Notes: generated by a model from the letters alone, not told the origin. Positions 10,246 through 21,098 are shown, numbered from the stretch's first letter. The stretch is DNA of 64,000 nucleotides from Candidatus Latescibacterota bacterium (GCA_965248755.1 OZ252149.1:1632001-1696000), one strand, 5' to 3'. Program-made: numbers and translations.

Positions 10246-11511
10246 TGTACTGCTTCCCAGGAAAGCGACACCAATTAAGCAACCTGGGGTAGTAGATAAA
10301 ATTGTTTTCTCCACTCTTTTGGGGTCTTATATCCCAGGGATGAATGAAGCCTGTTCTTGTTGTAATTATCGATCCACTGAGATATGATCTTCTCAGCCTG
10401 TTCAAAGGATTCAAACTTGTGAAGCCAAACACACTCTTGCTTGAGGGTCCTGAAAAAACGCTCTACAACACCGTTCCAATCGGGTTTACCACTTGGTATG
10501 TATTCCTGACGAATTCCCCAATATTCGGTACTGGCCAAATAGGCCCGAGCCAAAAAGATGGAACCATTGTCAGAGCGCAAAGTGAGACCCTGGGGGACAG
10601 CCTCCTTGGAAGTGTATCGAGAGATCACGGCCCGATCCAGGGCATCTGTGGCCTCCAGTGCCCTCCCTTTTCGACTAAAACGATACCCAGGAACCTCCCG
10701 GCTTCCGTTGTCCACCACCGCAATAAGAGGACACCAACCATCTTTTCCACAGTAAATCTTTGTCAAGTCACTCGACCACAAACTGTCGGGACTATCCACC
10801 ACAGAACGCTTCTGGGCAACCTGTGGCCCCTTTCTCCCGGGACGATTCCACAGCTTACACTGCCACCCCTTAAGCTTCATTATCCTATGAACCTTCTTAA
10901 CGTTGACACATTCCCCTTCCTTGAAACGAAGATGCGCCCAAACCCGCCTGTGACCAAATGCCTCTTCTTGGTCCAGTATCCCTCGAATACGAAAAGCAAG
11001 CTCCTCATCTATCACAGGCTCTTTAACAGAAGAACTGACACCTCTATCCCTAAACCTATACAGAGTCGAACGATGCAAACCCAAAGCCAAAGCTACCACC
11101 TTGCGGGAATAGCCTCGACCCAAAAACCGCCCACTCAAGGCAACCGCTTCGTTTTTTTTAGACGGGCTACCTCTTCGAGTATCTCCAACTGGAGCGTCAA
11201 CTGCCCTACCTTGCGCTCCAACCGGCTAACCTCTCGCTCCTTCGGATCCTTGCGACCACGCCGAGACTTCAGACTCTCCTGGCCCCCTTCTAAGAAACTA
11301 TCACGCCAAGCATACGCCTGCGACTGGCTAATTCCATTCTTACGACACACCTCAGATAGATCTGCTCCTCTCAAAAGAGCCAACACAATCTCTCCCTTAC
11401 GGGTCGCCGTCCAGCGCTTACCATCTTTCACTTCGGGGCTCGACACCTTGACCTCCCTTCTCAAACCCCAATTTGCGAAATATTTGTCGCTCTGTCAAGG
11501 GGAGCGGTATG
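10246..11511 (-). mobile_element. IS3-family insertion sequence, copy B (orfA 11135-11464, orfB 10275-11138)
   Basis: Same ORF translations and ends as copy A. Confidence 0.95.
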
Positions 11512-12044
11512 ATTTGAATCTAATTTAAGTCTTTTACATATACCATTATCATCCAGGGAAAAATCTTCAAATCTAAGTGAATAAGGCAAATCTTTATGAC
11601 CGCTCTGATAGCAAAATGCATTTGTTTTTCTACCTAAATATTTTCTCGTTCTTTCCATCCTATCAAGATAAATTTCGTTGTTTATGAATAATGGTCTTCG
11701 GTTGAACTGATTGATATACGTCGGTATCGCAAGATATTTATCCACGAAACTTTGAATTGTCCCAAAATGATTTGGGTAATTAGAGAGCTTTTTAGAAGCA
11801 AAGTAAGCGTGGCTTTTTATTTCATTTATAGCCACATTTGTGTGAGTTAATACGCAAATACCCCTATTATTTTCAAGAGGCATTTGCCGGGACAAAATCA
11901 ACAACTTGGCAATCAAAGCCTTTGTTTTACCACTACCCGGGCAGGCAAGAATATCTTTGGTTTCAAAACATTTTATTACTACCTTTTGTTCTTTATCGAA
12001 GTGCTCACCGGGCGGTAAAAGAATTCTTTCTGCCCAAGAAATAT
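11512..12044 (-). pseudogene. UvrD/GajB-like helicase, N-terminal fragment (start codon lost)
   Basis: Walker A ACPGSGKT, motif Ia VLTHTNVAINEIK, FGTIQSFVDKYLAIP. Confidence 0.88.
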
Positions 12045-13310
12045 TGTACTGCTTCCCAGGAAAGCGACACCAATTAAGCAACCTGGGGTAGTAGATAAAA
12101 TTGTTTTCTCCACTCTTTTGGGGTCTTATATCCCAGGGATGAATGAAGCCTGTTCTTGTTGTAATTATCGATCCACTGAGATATGATCTTCTCAGCCTGT
12201 TCAAAGGATTCAAACTTGTGAAGCCAAACACACTCTTGCTTGAGGGTCCTGAAAAAACGCTCTACAACACCGTTCCAATCGGGTTTACCACTTGGTATGT
12301 ATTCCTGACGAATTCCCCAATATTCGGTACTGGCCAAATAGGCCCGAGCCAAAAAGATGGAACCATTGTCAGAGCGCAAAGTGAGACCCTGGGGGACAGC
12401 CTCCTTGGAAGTGTATCGAGAGATCACGGCCCGATCCAGGGCATCTGTGGCCTCCAGTGCCCTCCCTTTTCGACTAAAACGATACCCAGGAACCTCCCGG
12501 CTTCCGTTGTCCACCACCGCAATAAGAGGACACCAACCATCTTTTCCACAGTAAATCTTTGTCAAGTCACTCGACCACAAACTGTCGGGACTATCCACCA
12601 CAGAACGCTTCTGGGCAACCTGTGGCCCCTTTCTCCCGGGACGATTCCACAGCTTACACTGCCACCCCTTAAGCTTCATTATCCTATGAACCTTCTTAAC
12701 GTTGACACATTCCCCTTCCTTGAAACGAAGATGCGCCCAAACCCGCCTGTGACCAAATGCCTCTTCTTGGTCCAGTATCCCTCGAATACGAAAAGCAAGC
12801 TCCTCATCTATCACAGGCTCTTTAACAGAAGAACTGACACCTCTATCCCTAAACCTATACAGAGTCGAACGATGCAAACCCAAAGCCAAAGCTACCACCT
12901 TGCGGGAATAGCCTCGACCCAAAAACCGCCCACTCAAGGCAACCGCTTCGTTTTTTTTAGACGGGCTACCTCTTCGAGTATCTCCAACTGGAGCGTCAAC
13001 TGCCCTACCTTGCGCTCCAACCGGCTAACCTCTCGCTCCTTCGGATCCTTGCGACCACGCCGAGACTTCAGACTCTCCTGGCCCCCTTCTAAGAAACTAT
13101 CACGCCAAGCATACGCCTGCGACTGGCTAATTCCATTCTTACGACACACCTCAGATAGATCTGCTCCTCTCAAAAGAGCCAACACAATCTCTCCCTTACG
13201 GGTCGCCGTCCAGCGCTTACCATCTTTCACTTCGGGGCTCGACACCTTGACCTCCCTTCTCAAACCCCAATTTGCGAAATATTTGTCGCTCTGTCAAGGG
13301 GAGCGGTATG
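12045..13310 (-). mobile_element. IS3-family insertion sequence, copy C (orfA 12934-13263, orfB 12074-12937)
   Basis: Same ORF translations and ends as copy A. Confidence 0.95.
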
Positions 13311-13934
13311 AACATCGCTAATTTCGCAGCTTCGGATTATACGATCGAAGTACGCATCTGGGACGTAAGTCAGAATCAAGGTGCTAACATCTACTTCCGC
13401 AATAACCGAACAGCCGCGAATATCGGAACGGATTCAGGCTTCTGGTTCGGGATATCTGGGGCCCTGGCAGCTGTCGGCTGGGGGGATACTCAAGGAGGGT
13501 TGCGCATAATCAAGGTCGCACGGTCCTCAGTGCCTTTTACATGGATGAGGCTCAAGCTTTCGGTCATAGACGAAAATGCCCTGATGTGGGCACTTCGCGA
13601 AGGGGTGGACGATGATTTTATTCAGGTCTTTAATGTCTCCGGACTTCCGACATCCAGCGGGTCAGAAAATCTCGGCTTAATCGTTGGAGGACAGGAAGTG
13701 TGGATTGACGATGTGTTAGTTTACGATGAGGGAGGCCCCACCGAAGCACTTCTTTTAGGGGATTTCGACCTGAATAATGAAGTAGGCCTTTCAGATTTTG
13801 TCCTTTTCTTGGATGCGTTTGCCACTACGCGCAGTTCGTCTAATTGGAATCCTATATTCGATCTGGATGACGATGGAAAGGTCGGTCTGTCCGATTTTGT
13901 GATTTTTCTGGATAACTTCGGGGTGACAGGGTAG
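13311..13934 (+). pseudogene. 5'-truncated protein with C-terminal dockerin/EF-hand-like repeats
   Basis: GDFDLNNEVGLSDFVLFLDAF and FDLDDDGKVGLSDFVIFLDNFG; the track start lies inside IS copy C. Confidence 0.65.
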
Positions 13935-14193
13935 TTTTGCAGCTATAAAGAAGCAGGAAGGGACTACCATCATTTTCATAAAGCACGATCTGTCTCAGGC
14001 GCGTTCTTTGAGTCGGGAGGTTATACTGTTTTTCGAGGGGAAGATGGCGAAGTCCGTACAGGGAGAGGTGATGGAGTGAAGGTATCTCCCCAAAGCACAA
14101 CACGAATTTCCAACTGAGCCAAGATCAAGTTTCGCCTCTGCAATGCTTCCCTCTATAGCTTCTGAACGGAACAGTGATTAGATTGGAGACAAA

Positions 14194-15444
14194 ATGTCAA
14201 ATCAAGTAGAAAAGATTCGGGTATTTGTTTCCTCGCCTTCCGATGTGAAAGAGGAGAGAGATCGTCTACGTAATGTAGTTGAGAAATTAAATCGTATTAT
14301 TGGGCCAGATAAGAATATCGTCCTTGAGCTTGTGGATTGGGAGACACACGTCACACCAGATATGGGTCGATCTCAAGAGATTATCAATCGTCAAATTGTT
14401 CCTTACGATATTTTTATCGGAATAATGTGGAAGAGATTTGGAAGTCCGACAGGGAAAGCAGGTTCAGGAACAGAAGAGGAGTTCAATGCAGCCTATGAGT
14501 GTTGGAAAAAGACAGGCAGTCCTAAAATCCTGTTTTATTTCAATCAAGCCCCATACACTCCTCGTACTCCTGAAGAGGAGGATCAAGTTCGTCGGGTTCG
14601 TGAATTCCGCGCACAGTTGCGGGAGAAAGGGCTGCCCTGGAAATATAATGGACCGGACGAATTTGAACGATTTGTAGATGAACACCTTCATAAAACAATT
14701 TTGGAACTCATCTCGGGACAGAATATGGCGGTGACCTTCGGCGACCCCAATCTCGAAGAAGCTGTTCGATCGGAGATTCTGAAACCGACAGGCGACATAC
14801 CGTTGTCTAGCGTCGCGCGCTTGACACTACTGGAGGCTGACAGGCAGAGAATAGAAAACTTGGACGGAATTGAGGTGCTTACCTCACTGAGAGATCTCAA
14901 TCTCAGCCACAACCAGATTGACGACATTTCGCCACTTTCGGGACTTATCTCGCTAACAGGACTCAATATCAGTGGCAACCGTATTAAGGACATTTCGGCA
15001 CTTTCAGGACTTATCTCGCTGTGGGAACTCATTCTCTACAACAACCAGATCAGCGACTTTTCGTCGCCTTCGAAGCTCACCTCGTTGAAAAAGCTCTGGC
15101 TCTTCGGCAACCAGATTAACGACATTTCGGAACTTTCAGGACTTATCTCGGTGACGAATCTCGAGATCAGTCGCAACCGTATTAACGATATTTCAGCACT
15201 TTCAGGACTTATCTCGTTGCGGGAACTCATTCTCTCCAACAACGAGATCAGCAATATTTCAGAACTTTCTGGATGCGCTTCGTTGACACTGCTGCATCTC
15301 GACTCAAATCAGATCAAGGATCTATCCCCCTTGCTTGGACTAACACAACTTAAAGAACTGTATGTGAAGAACAACCTTCTCAGCGATGTTGCTATAAACG
15401 AACAGATTCCGGCATTGGAGGCGCAAGGTGTAAATGTGCGTTGA
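14194..15444 (+). CDS. DUF4062 domain + internalin-type leucine-rich repeat protein
   Basis: RVFVSSPSDVKEER, DIFIGIMWKRFGSPT, SGTEEEF; VTFGDPNLE cap followed by 22-aa LRRs (e.g. LRDLNLSHNQIDDISPLSGL); GGAG RBS. Confidence 0.85.
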   Translation: MSNQVEKIRVFVSSPSDVKEERDRLRNVVEKLNRIIGPDKNIVLELVDWETHVTPDMGRSQEIINRQIVPYDIFIGIMWKRFGSPTGKAGSGTEEEFNAAYECWKKTGSPKILFYFNQAPYTPRTPEEEDQVRRVREFRAQLREKGLPWKYNGPDEFERFVDEHLHKTILELISGQNMAVTFGDPNLEEAVRSEILKPTGDIPLSSVARLTLLEADRQRIENLDGIEVLTSLRDLNLSHNQIDDISPLSGLISLTGLNISGNRIKDISALSGLISLWELILYNNQISDFSSPSKLTSLKKLWLFGNQINDISELSGLISVTNLEISRNRINDISALSGLISLRELILSNNEISNISELSGCASLTLLHLDSNQIKDLSPLLGLTQLKELYVKNNLLSDVAINEQIPALEAQGVNVR

Positions 15445-15524
15445 AATTGCCTGTATCTCACAAGCGTATCGCAAGTGCTATCTTTCGCACCTGCTAAAAG
15501 CTACATCCGTAAGGACAAGGCACT

Positions 15525-16280
15525 TCACACCGAGTCCTGACCTGAAAGCATCTCCCTGACGCGTCCCGGAGTGTTCAGGACCTCCGCAGGCTCTCCACTT
15601 TTGACTATCCTGCCTTCGTCTATCACATAGACAAAATCCCCTATCCTCAATGCCTCTGATACGTTGTGAGTCACGTATATGAAGGGAATCTTGTAGATCA
15701 GCCTGATCTTCATTAGTTCGTCTAAAAGGACCTCTCTTACCTCTTCGTCCACGGATGAAAGGGGTTCGTCCAGGAGCATCAATTTGGGCTTTGTGGCAAG
15801 GGCTCGCAGGACAGCTACTCTCTGCTGTTCGCCGCCTGAAAGCTCAAACGGATGACGATCTTTTAGGTGAGCTATCTTGAAAAGGTCTAAGTATTCCTCG
15901 ATCCGGGTTACCTCCACGGCTCCGTAGGCGATATTGTCGTAGGCGCTCATGTGAGGGAAGAGAGCGTAGTTCTGGAATACGAAGCCTATATTTCGCTGGT
16001 GAATAGGGAGGTTTATGTCCTTCTCTGAATCGAAGAACACAGTCCCGTTGAAGACTATCTTTCCGCTGTCGGGAGTAAGCATGCCCGAAATCAGCCTCAG
16101 GGCTGTAGTTTTACCCGCACCTGATCTCCCAAAGAGGATGTTCACACCGTCCTGTGCGTTTATATCCACATGAAGGCGGAATGGCTTCTGGGAGTAAGGC
16201 GCCCGCCTTGTTCGGGGGAAAAAGCGGAACCGCCGCCGTAAGGTGTGTTCTTTAACTACCCTGGACAGTTCAAGGTTCAT
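15525..16280 (-). CDS. modC: Molybdate ABC transporter ATP-binding protein (ModC-like)
   Basis: GRSGAGKT, INLPIHQRNIGFVFQNYALFPHM, LSGGEQQRVA, LLDEP. Confidence 0.8.
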   Translation of the reverse strand: MNLELSRVVKEHTLRRRFRFFPRTRRAPYSQKPFRLHVDINAQDGVNILFGRSGAGKTTALRLISGMLTPDSGKIVFNGTVFFDSEKDINLPIHQRNIGFVFQNYALFPHMSAYDNIAYGAVEVTRIEEYLDLFKIAHLKDRHPFELSGGEQQRVAVLRALATKPKLMLLDEPLSSVDEEVREVLLDELMKIRLIYKIPFIYVTHNVSEALRIGDFVYVIDEGRIVKSGEPAEVLNTPGRVREMLSGQDSV

Positions 16281-16292
16281 ACCACAATTCCT

Positions 16293-16319
16293 TGGTGGGG
16301 CAGACATTCCTGTCTGACA
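16293..16319. repeat. REP-like palindrome family A (TGTCAGACAGGAATGTCTGACCCACCA); other copies at 23136-23161, 23201-23228, 25864-25891, 55561-55588
   Basis: Near-identical intergenic hairpins. Confidence 0.75.
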
Positions 16320-16422
16320 TGGGCGAGGGCACTTCGTGCTTTCCTGCCTCCACTCCCCAGCAAAGCGCCCACGGCGCCTCGCCCCTACATTGTGGTCAGA
16401 TACTTTGGAGCTTCATACATAT

Positions 16423-16459
16423 CCCCGATCCCCGATCCAGTCGGGGGCTCAATCGGGGA
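16423..16459. repeat. REP-like palindrome family B (CCCCGATAGAGTCAATCGGGG); other copies near 27105-27139, 27294-27312, 27331-27351, 37536-37575, 44297-44320, 61863-61892
   Basis: Recurrent intergenic hairpins, several next to GTAGGG/CCCTAC. Confidence 0.72.
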
Positions 16460-16475
16460 ACACCTGCCTGCTGGT

Positions 16476-17369
16476 CTATTTGTTCTCCTGACTTACAGCT
16501 ATCATAACCTTCGTCCCCGGCGGGACTGAGGAGATGACCCAGGCGCTGGCTCCTATGACGGAGCCCTTTCCGATAATCGTGTCGCCGCCCAGAATGGTGG
16601 CCCCTGAGTAGATGACGACCTCGTCCTCTATCGTGGGATGGCGTTTGCCGCCTTTCTTGATCTTACCGCACTCGTCTTTCGGAAAACTCAGTGCGCCGAG
16701 AGTCACGCCCTGGTATATCTTCACGTCATTTCCGATCTGGGTGGTCTCCCCAATGACCACACCGGTGCCGTGATCTACGAAGAAGCGTTCTCCAATCTTT
16801 GCACCTGGATGGATGTCTATCCCCGTTCCGCTGTGAGCCCATTCGCCCATAATCCTGGGTATTAAGGGGATGTCCATCAAATAGAGTTCGTGAGCGATGC
16901 GGTAGGTGGATATTGCGATTGTGCAGGGGTAGCACGTTATTATCTCTGCACGGTTCTTTGCGGCAGGATCGCCGTCGTATGCGGCCTGGATATCCATATT
17001 CAAAAGTTGACGTACTTTAGGTATCTTCCCAAGGAGAGCCAGGGCGAATTTCGCCGCCGTCTTCTCGCAGTCTTTTCGCGGATCACCCTTTTCGGAGAAA
17101 CATCTGAAACTCTTTGCTATTTCGTCTGAGAGCCGGATGTAGATGGAGTTCAAAAGGGTGTCCACATAAAGGGGGATGTTGTCCCTCGAGGGAACAGGGT
17201 CTCCGAAATAGCCGGGGAAGATTACCGAGAAGAGGTCTTCAAGTATCGAGACGACGTTTTCTCTTGATGGAAAATTCTCGCTGTCGATTCTGTTGATGCC
17301 GCCGTATTCCTCGTAGGTATCCACTATTTTTGTGGATAGTTCCGAGAGTTTAGTTATGACTCCTGACAT
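16476..17369 (-). CDS. cysE: Serine O-acetyltransferase (CysE/EpsC type)
   Basis: AAYDGDPAA, TGIDIHPGAKIG, DHGTGVVIGET, KRHPTIED. Confidence 0.92.
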   Translation of the reverse strand: MSGVITKLSELSTKIVDTYEEYGGINRIDSENFPSRENVVSILEDLFSVIFPGYFGDPVPSRDNIPLYVDTLLNSIYIRLSDEIAKSFRCFSEKGDPRKDCEKTAAKFALALLGKIPKVRQLLNMDIQAAYDGDPAAKNRAEIITCYPCTIAISTYRIAHELYLMDIPLIPRIMGEWAHSGTGIDIHPGAKIGERFFVDHGTGVVIGETTQIGNDVKIYQGVTLGALSFPKDECGKIKKGGKRHPTIEDEVVIYSGATILGGDTIIGKGSVIGASAWVISSVPPGTKVMIAVSQENK

Positions 17370-17474
17370 CTTGTGTTCACCACCTATCAAAATACAGTAG
17401 ACAGTAGTCAGTATACGGGGCATCCCTGCCCATTTCCCAAAGCGATCTGGTGGGAGGGGATGCGGTGCCCATGT

Positions 17475-20291
17475 CTACTGTTTGCTGTCTACTATTTTTT
17501 CTATCTTCACAGCACAGAACTTGAACTCCGGGATCTTGGCGTAGGGATCCAATTCGTCTATGGTAAGCAAGTTGGCCGCCGCTTCCTTGAAGTGGAAGGG
17601 GATAAAGACGTTGCCCTTTGAGACCTTCGGTGAATGCCTCGTCTTCAACGTTATCTCTCCTCTTCTGGAGGAGACTTTCACGAATTGTCCGTCGGCAACG
17701 CCCAGCTTCTCCATATCCAGAGGGTGCATCTCTACAAACGGCTCAGGGCTCATCTGGTCGAGGGCCTTAGACCTTCTGGTCATCGTCCCGGTATGCCAGT
17801 GCTGAAGCACCCTTCCGGTGTTCAGAACATAGGGATATTCCTCGTCCGGAAGTTCCTTCGGTGGGGCAAACTCTGCGGGCACGAACTTGCCTTTGCCGCT
17901 GGGGAACGTGTCGGCAAAGAGCACAGACGTTCCCGCGTGATCTTCGTCGGGACAGGGCCACAGCAGACCCTCCTTTTCTATCCTCTCATACGTAAGCCCC
18001 CCGTAGCTGGGCGTGACCCTTTTTATCTCCGCAAATATCTCCTCTGGCGAATCGTATTCCATAGGATAGCCCATCCTTGTGGAAAGCTCAGCCAGGATCT
18101 TCCAGTCCTCCCTTGCCCCTCCCGGAGGATTTACGGCCTTCCGACCTCTTTGGACCCGCCTGTCCGTATTTGTGTAAGTCCCGTCCTTTTCGGCAAAGCT
18201 CGTAGCAGGCAGAACTACGTCGGCAAACTCGGCCGTCTCTGTCAAAAATATATCCTGAACGACCAAGAACTCCAGGGACGAAACGCACTTTTTCACCTTG
18301 TTGGTATTCGGATCGCTCAAGAGTGGATTTTCACCCATTATAAACATGCCTTTGATCTTGCCGTCCAGAGCGGCGGTCATGATCTCCACTACGGTAAGAC
18401 CTGGGTCCGGATCGAGAGGCACGCCCCAGACATTCTCAAAGCTCGTTCGCACGCTTGGATCGTCCACCTTCTGATAACCCGGATAGACCATCGGTATGAG
18501 CCCAACATCTGAGGCGCCCTGTACGTTGTTCTGTCCTCTTAAAGGATGCAGACCCGTTCCTGGTCTCCCGATATTCCCCGTCAGAAGGGCCAATGAGACA
18601 AGAGACCTTGCGTTGTCCGTCCCGGTCGTATGCTGTGAGATGCCCATGCCCCAGAATATCATAGCATTTTTCGCCTTGCCGTAGCACCGGGCCACCTCTG
18701 CAATTACATCTTTTGGAACCCCCGTTATCTTCTCCGCTACTTCAGGCGTGTAGTCTTTCACCGTCTCCTTCAGCTTTGAAAATTCCACCGTCCTTCTGTC
18801 TATGAACTCCTCGTCGTGCAGGCCCTGGCTTATGATTACGTTCATCATCCCGTTTAAGAGAGCCACGTCGGTTCCGGGATTGAACCTGACGTAATAGTCG
18901 GCGTTCTGGGCCAGAGGAGGCCTTCGGGGATCTATTACTATAAGCTTTGTGCCCTTTAAGGCCGCCTGCTTCATAAATGTAGCCGCCACAGGGTGGTTCT
19001 CCGTTGGATTTGCACCGATCACAACGGCGACATCGGCGTAGAGCACATCGGCAAAGACGTTCGATACAGCTCCGCTTCCGATGGTCTCCATCAGGGCCGC
19101 AACCGATGAGGCGTGACATAATCTCGTGCAGTGGTCTACATTATTGGTGCCGAACACAGCCCTTATCAGCTTCTGGAACAGGTAGTTATCCTCGTTGGAG
19201 CACTTTGCCGATCCGAATCCCGCCAGAGCCTGGGGACCGATGTTGTTTTTTATCTCCATGAACTTGGACGCAGAAAGCGCCATAGCCTCGTCCCAGGTGG
19301 CCTCTCTGAAAGCGTCTAATGGATTTTCTGGGGGATTTTCTGTCTGGATCGTCTTGGGATATTCCTCCTTCCTGATCAGGGGAGTCGTCAGTCTGGTGGG
19401 ATGATGAGCGTAGTCAAAGCCGTATCTCCCCTTTACACAGAGCCTCCCGTGATTTATCGGACTCTCCCTTCCGCTTACGTTTACTATCTTGTCGTCTGTG
19501 ACGTGATACGTCAGACTGCACCCGACTCCGCAGTAGGGACAGATGGAGTCTATCGCTTTGATGGGACTCTCCTTGGGGATCACCTCTTTAAGGATTGGTT
19601 TGTCTATCAACGCACCTGTTGGACAGTATGCCATGCACTCTCCGCACGACACGCAGCTGGACTCTCCCATCGGGATGTCGTTGTCGAATGCTATGTGCGC
19701 CGAATAGCCCTTACCTGCCCTGCCTATCACTAAATTCACCTGAATATCATCGCACGCCCTGATGCATCTGTCGCACATAATACAGGCCGTGTGATCTACC
19801 GAAATCACGGCAGAAGATATATCGTGTCCATCTTCCCATACTCTGCTTTTGAACCTCGATGCCTTCACGCCCATCTTTGAGGCCATAAGCTCAAGCTCGC
19901 AGTTGCCGTATTTTTCGTGCTTCTGGCAAGGTACGGGGTGATCGGCAAGGAGCAGTTCAACCAAGGTCTTCCTTGAGCGTTCTATCCTCTCGGTATTTGT
20001 CCTTACGACCATCCCCTCTTCGGCTTTCCTTACGCAGGCAGCAGGGGGCACCCTTGAGCCTTCGACCTCGACTGCGCAGACCCTGCATACGCCCACTGGA
20101 TCCAGTTTCGGGTCATGGCACAGCACAGGTATATCTATCCCGATCTCCGAAGCCGCATCGAATATGGTGCTATCCTGGGGGACAACGACAGGTCTGTCAT
20201 CTATTGTCAAGTTTATATGACTCGGCATGATACTTCCTTTGTCAGCCTCTTTAATAAGACTTCCATTCTTATCCACCCTTGTAACCAGCAT
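17475..20291 (-). CDS. fdhF: Formate dehydrogenase alpha subunit (Mo/W-bisPGD, N-terminal 2Fe-2S/4Fe-4S, Cys at the active site)
   Basis: CPYCGVGC, LCVKGRYG, NNVDHCTRLCHASS, PLRGQNNVQGA, KIPEFKFCAV; start may be ATG 20228. Confidence 0.93.
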   Translation of the reverse strand: MLVTRVDKNGSLIKEADKGSIMPSHINLTIDDRPVVVPQDSTIFDAASEIGIDIPVLCHDPKLDPVGVCRVCAVEVEGSRVPPAACVRKAEEGMVVRTNTERIERSRKTLVELLLADHPVPCQKHEKYGNCELELMASKMGVKASRFKSRVWEDGHDISSAVISVDHTACIMCDRCIRACDDIQVNLVIGRAGKGYSAHIAFDNDIPMGESSCVSCGECMAYCPTGALIDKPILKEVIPKESPIKAIDSICPYCGVGCSLTYHVTDDKIVNVSGRESPINHGRLCVKGRYGFDYAHHPTRLTTPLIRKEEYPKTIQTENPPENPLDAFREATWDEAMALSASKFMEIKNNIGPQALAGFGSAKCSNEDNYLFQKLIRAVFGTNNVDHCTRLCHASSVAALMETIGSGAVSNVFADVLYADVAVVIGANPTENHPVAATFMKQAALKGTKLIVIDPRRPPLAQNADYYVRFNPGTDVALLNGMMNVIISQGLHDEEFIDRRTVEFSKLKETVKDYTPEVAEKITGVPKDVIAEVARCYGKAKNAMIFWGMGISQHTTGTDNARSLVSLALLTGNIGRPGTGLHPLRGQNNVQGASDVGLIPMVYPGYQKVDDPSVRTSFENVWGVPLDPDPGLTVVEIMTAALDGKIKGMFIMGENPLLSDPNTNKVKKCVSSLEFLVVQDIFLTETAEFADVVLPATSFAEKDGTYTNTDRRVQRGRKAVNPPGGAREDWKILAELSTRMGYPMEYDSPEEIFAEIKRVTPSYGGLTYERIEKEGLLWPCPDEDHAGTSVLFADTFPSGKGKFVPAEFAPPKELPDEEYPYVLNTGRVLQHWHTGTMTRRSKALDQMSPEPFVEMHPLDMEKLGVADGQFVKVSSRRGEITLKTRHSPKVSKGNVFIPFHFKEAAANLLTIDELDPYAKIPEFKFCAVKIEKIVDSKQ

Positions 20292-20333
20292 CAGCGCTAA
20301 GCAATGCTGATTCTTGATCTCATCACTTACTGT

Positions 20334-21098
20334 TCATCTTTTTCTACCTGTAATTAGCAACGATTTGGGTAATCCCTCCAATGGCGCATCTTCCCAATCG
20401 TACTGTCGATCGCCAATTTCATTTACCGCCAACAATTCACAGCCTGCATCAATTATTGCCGTTACATAGTCACTAACAGTCCAGTGAAACTCGTAACTCG
20501 GCAGTGAACCCTCTTCCGCTCCGGGGACTTCCTCTGATCGATCAAATCTATGAGGACCTCTATCAAAATACCCAAATTCCATTTCAAGCTGGCTCGGTAA
20601 ATCCTTCCAAAGTCGGCGAAATGGGTGATATTCATTGACTATGAACATACCCCCTGGTTTGAGAATGCGGCAAGCCTCTGAATAATATTTCTTTAGATCT
20701 GAAACCCAAACCGCCACATGGCCTCCGGTGTAAACCACATCAAAAGTTTCATCTCCTAGGGGACTCAGATTTATCACGTCTGCAGGGATGAAGGAGATAT
20801 TAAGCCCAAGTTCGCCAGCCCTCTTGGCGGCAATGTCTAACTGTTTCTGCGAAATATCGATAGAGGTAACTCTCGCCCCCAGTCCAGCAAAAGCGAATGT
20901 TACCAAATTGTCGCCACTGCCGAGTACGCAGACATTCTTTCCGGAGACATCTCCCAGGTATCCCAACTCTTGCTCATTCAAAGCCAAGCTCGGATCGATA
21001 TGACATCTCCTCCATTCCCCAGATGCATCAACTCTCTCTTGCCAATATGGAGATACAGCATCCCAACCTTTATGATTTACCTCGTGTATCTCGTTCAT
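20334..21098 (-). CDS. Class I SAM-dependent methyltransferase
   Basis: VCVLGSGD, VTSIDIS, ILKPGG, YHPF. Confidence 0.85.
   Translation of the reverse strand: MNEIHEVNHKGWDAVSPYWQERVDASGEWRRCHIDPSLALNEQELGYLGDVSGKNVCVLGSGDNLVTFAFAGLGARVTSIDISQKQLDIAAKRAGELGLNISFIPADVINLSPLGDETFDVVYTGGHVAVWVSDLKKYYSEACRILKPGGMFIVNEYHPFRRLWKDLPSQLEMEFGYFDRGPHRFDRSEEVPGAEEGSLPSYEFHWTVSDYVTAIIDAGCELLAVNEIGDRQYDWEDAPLEGLPKSLLITGRKR

Noticed and set aside
4604..12044. ATAT on the inner side of both MITE1 and IS-C, suggesting a cointegrate target duplication
   Set aside because: A 4-bp match in AT-rich DNA; the implied circle would be a start-less helicase fragment, so chance or target preference is more likely.
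3690..12231. ORFs starting MFDFTASNPL, MFGFTSLNPL or MEKTIISATP
   Set aside because: Alternative frames that start inside IS/MITE right ends and read out into flanking fragments; not independent genes.
14860..15330. 66-bp periodic DNA repeats
   Set aside because: Explained by the 22-aa LRR units of the CDS.
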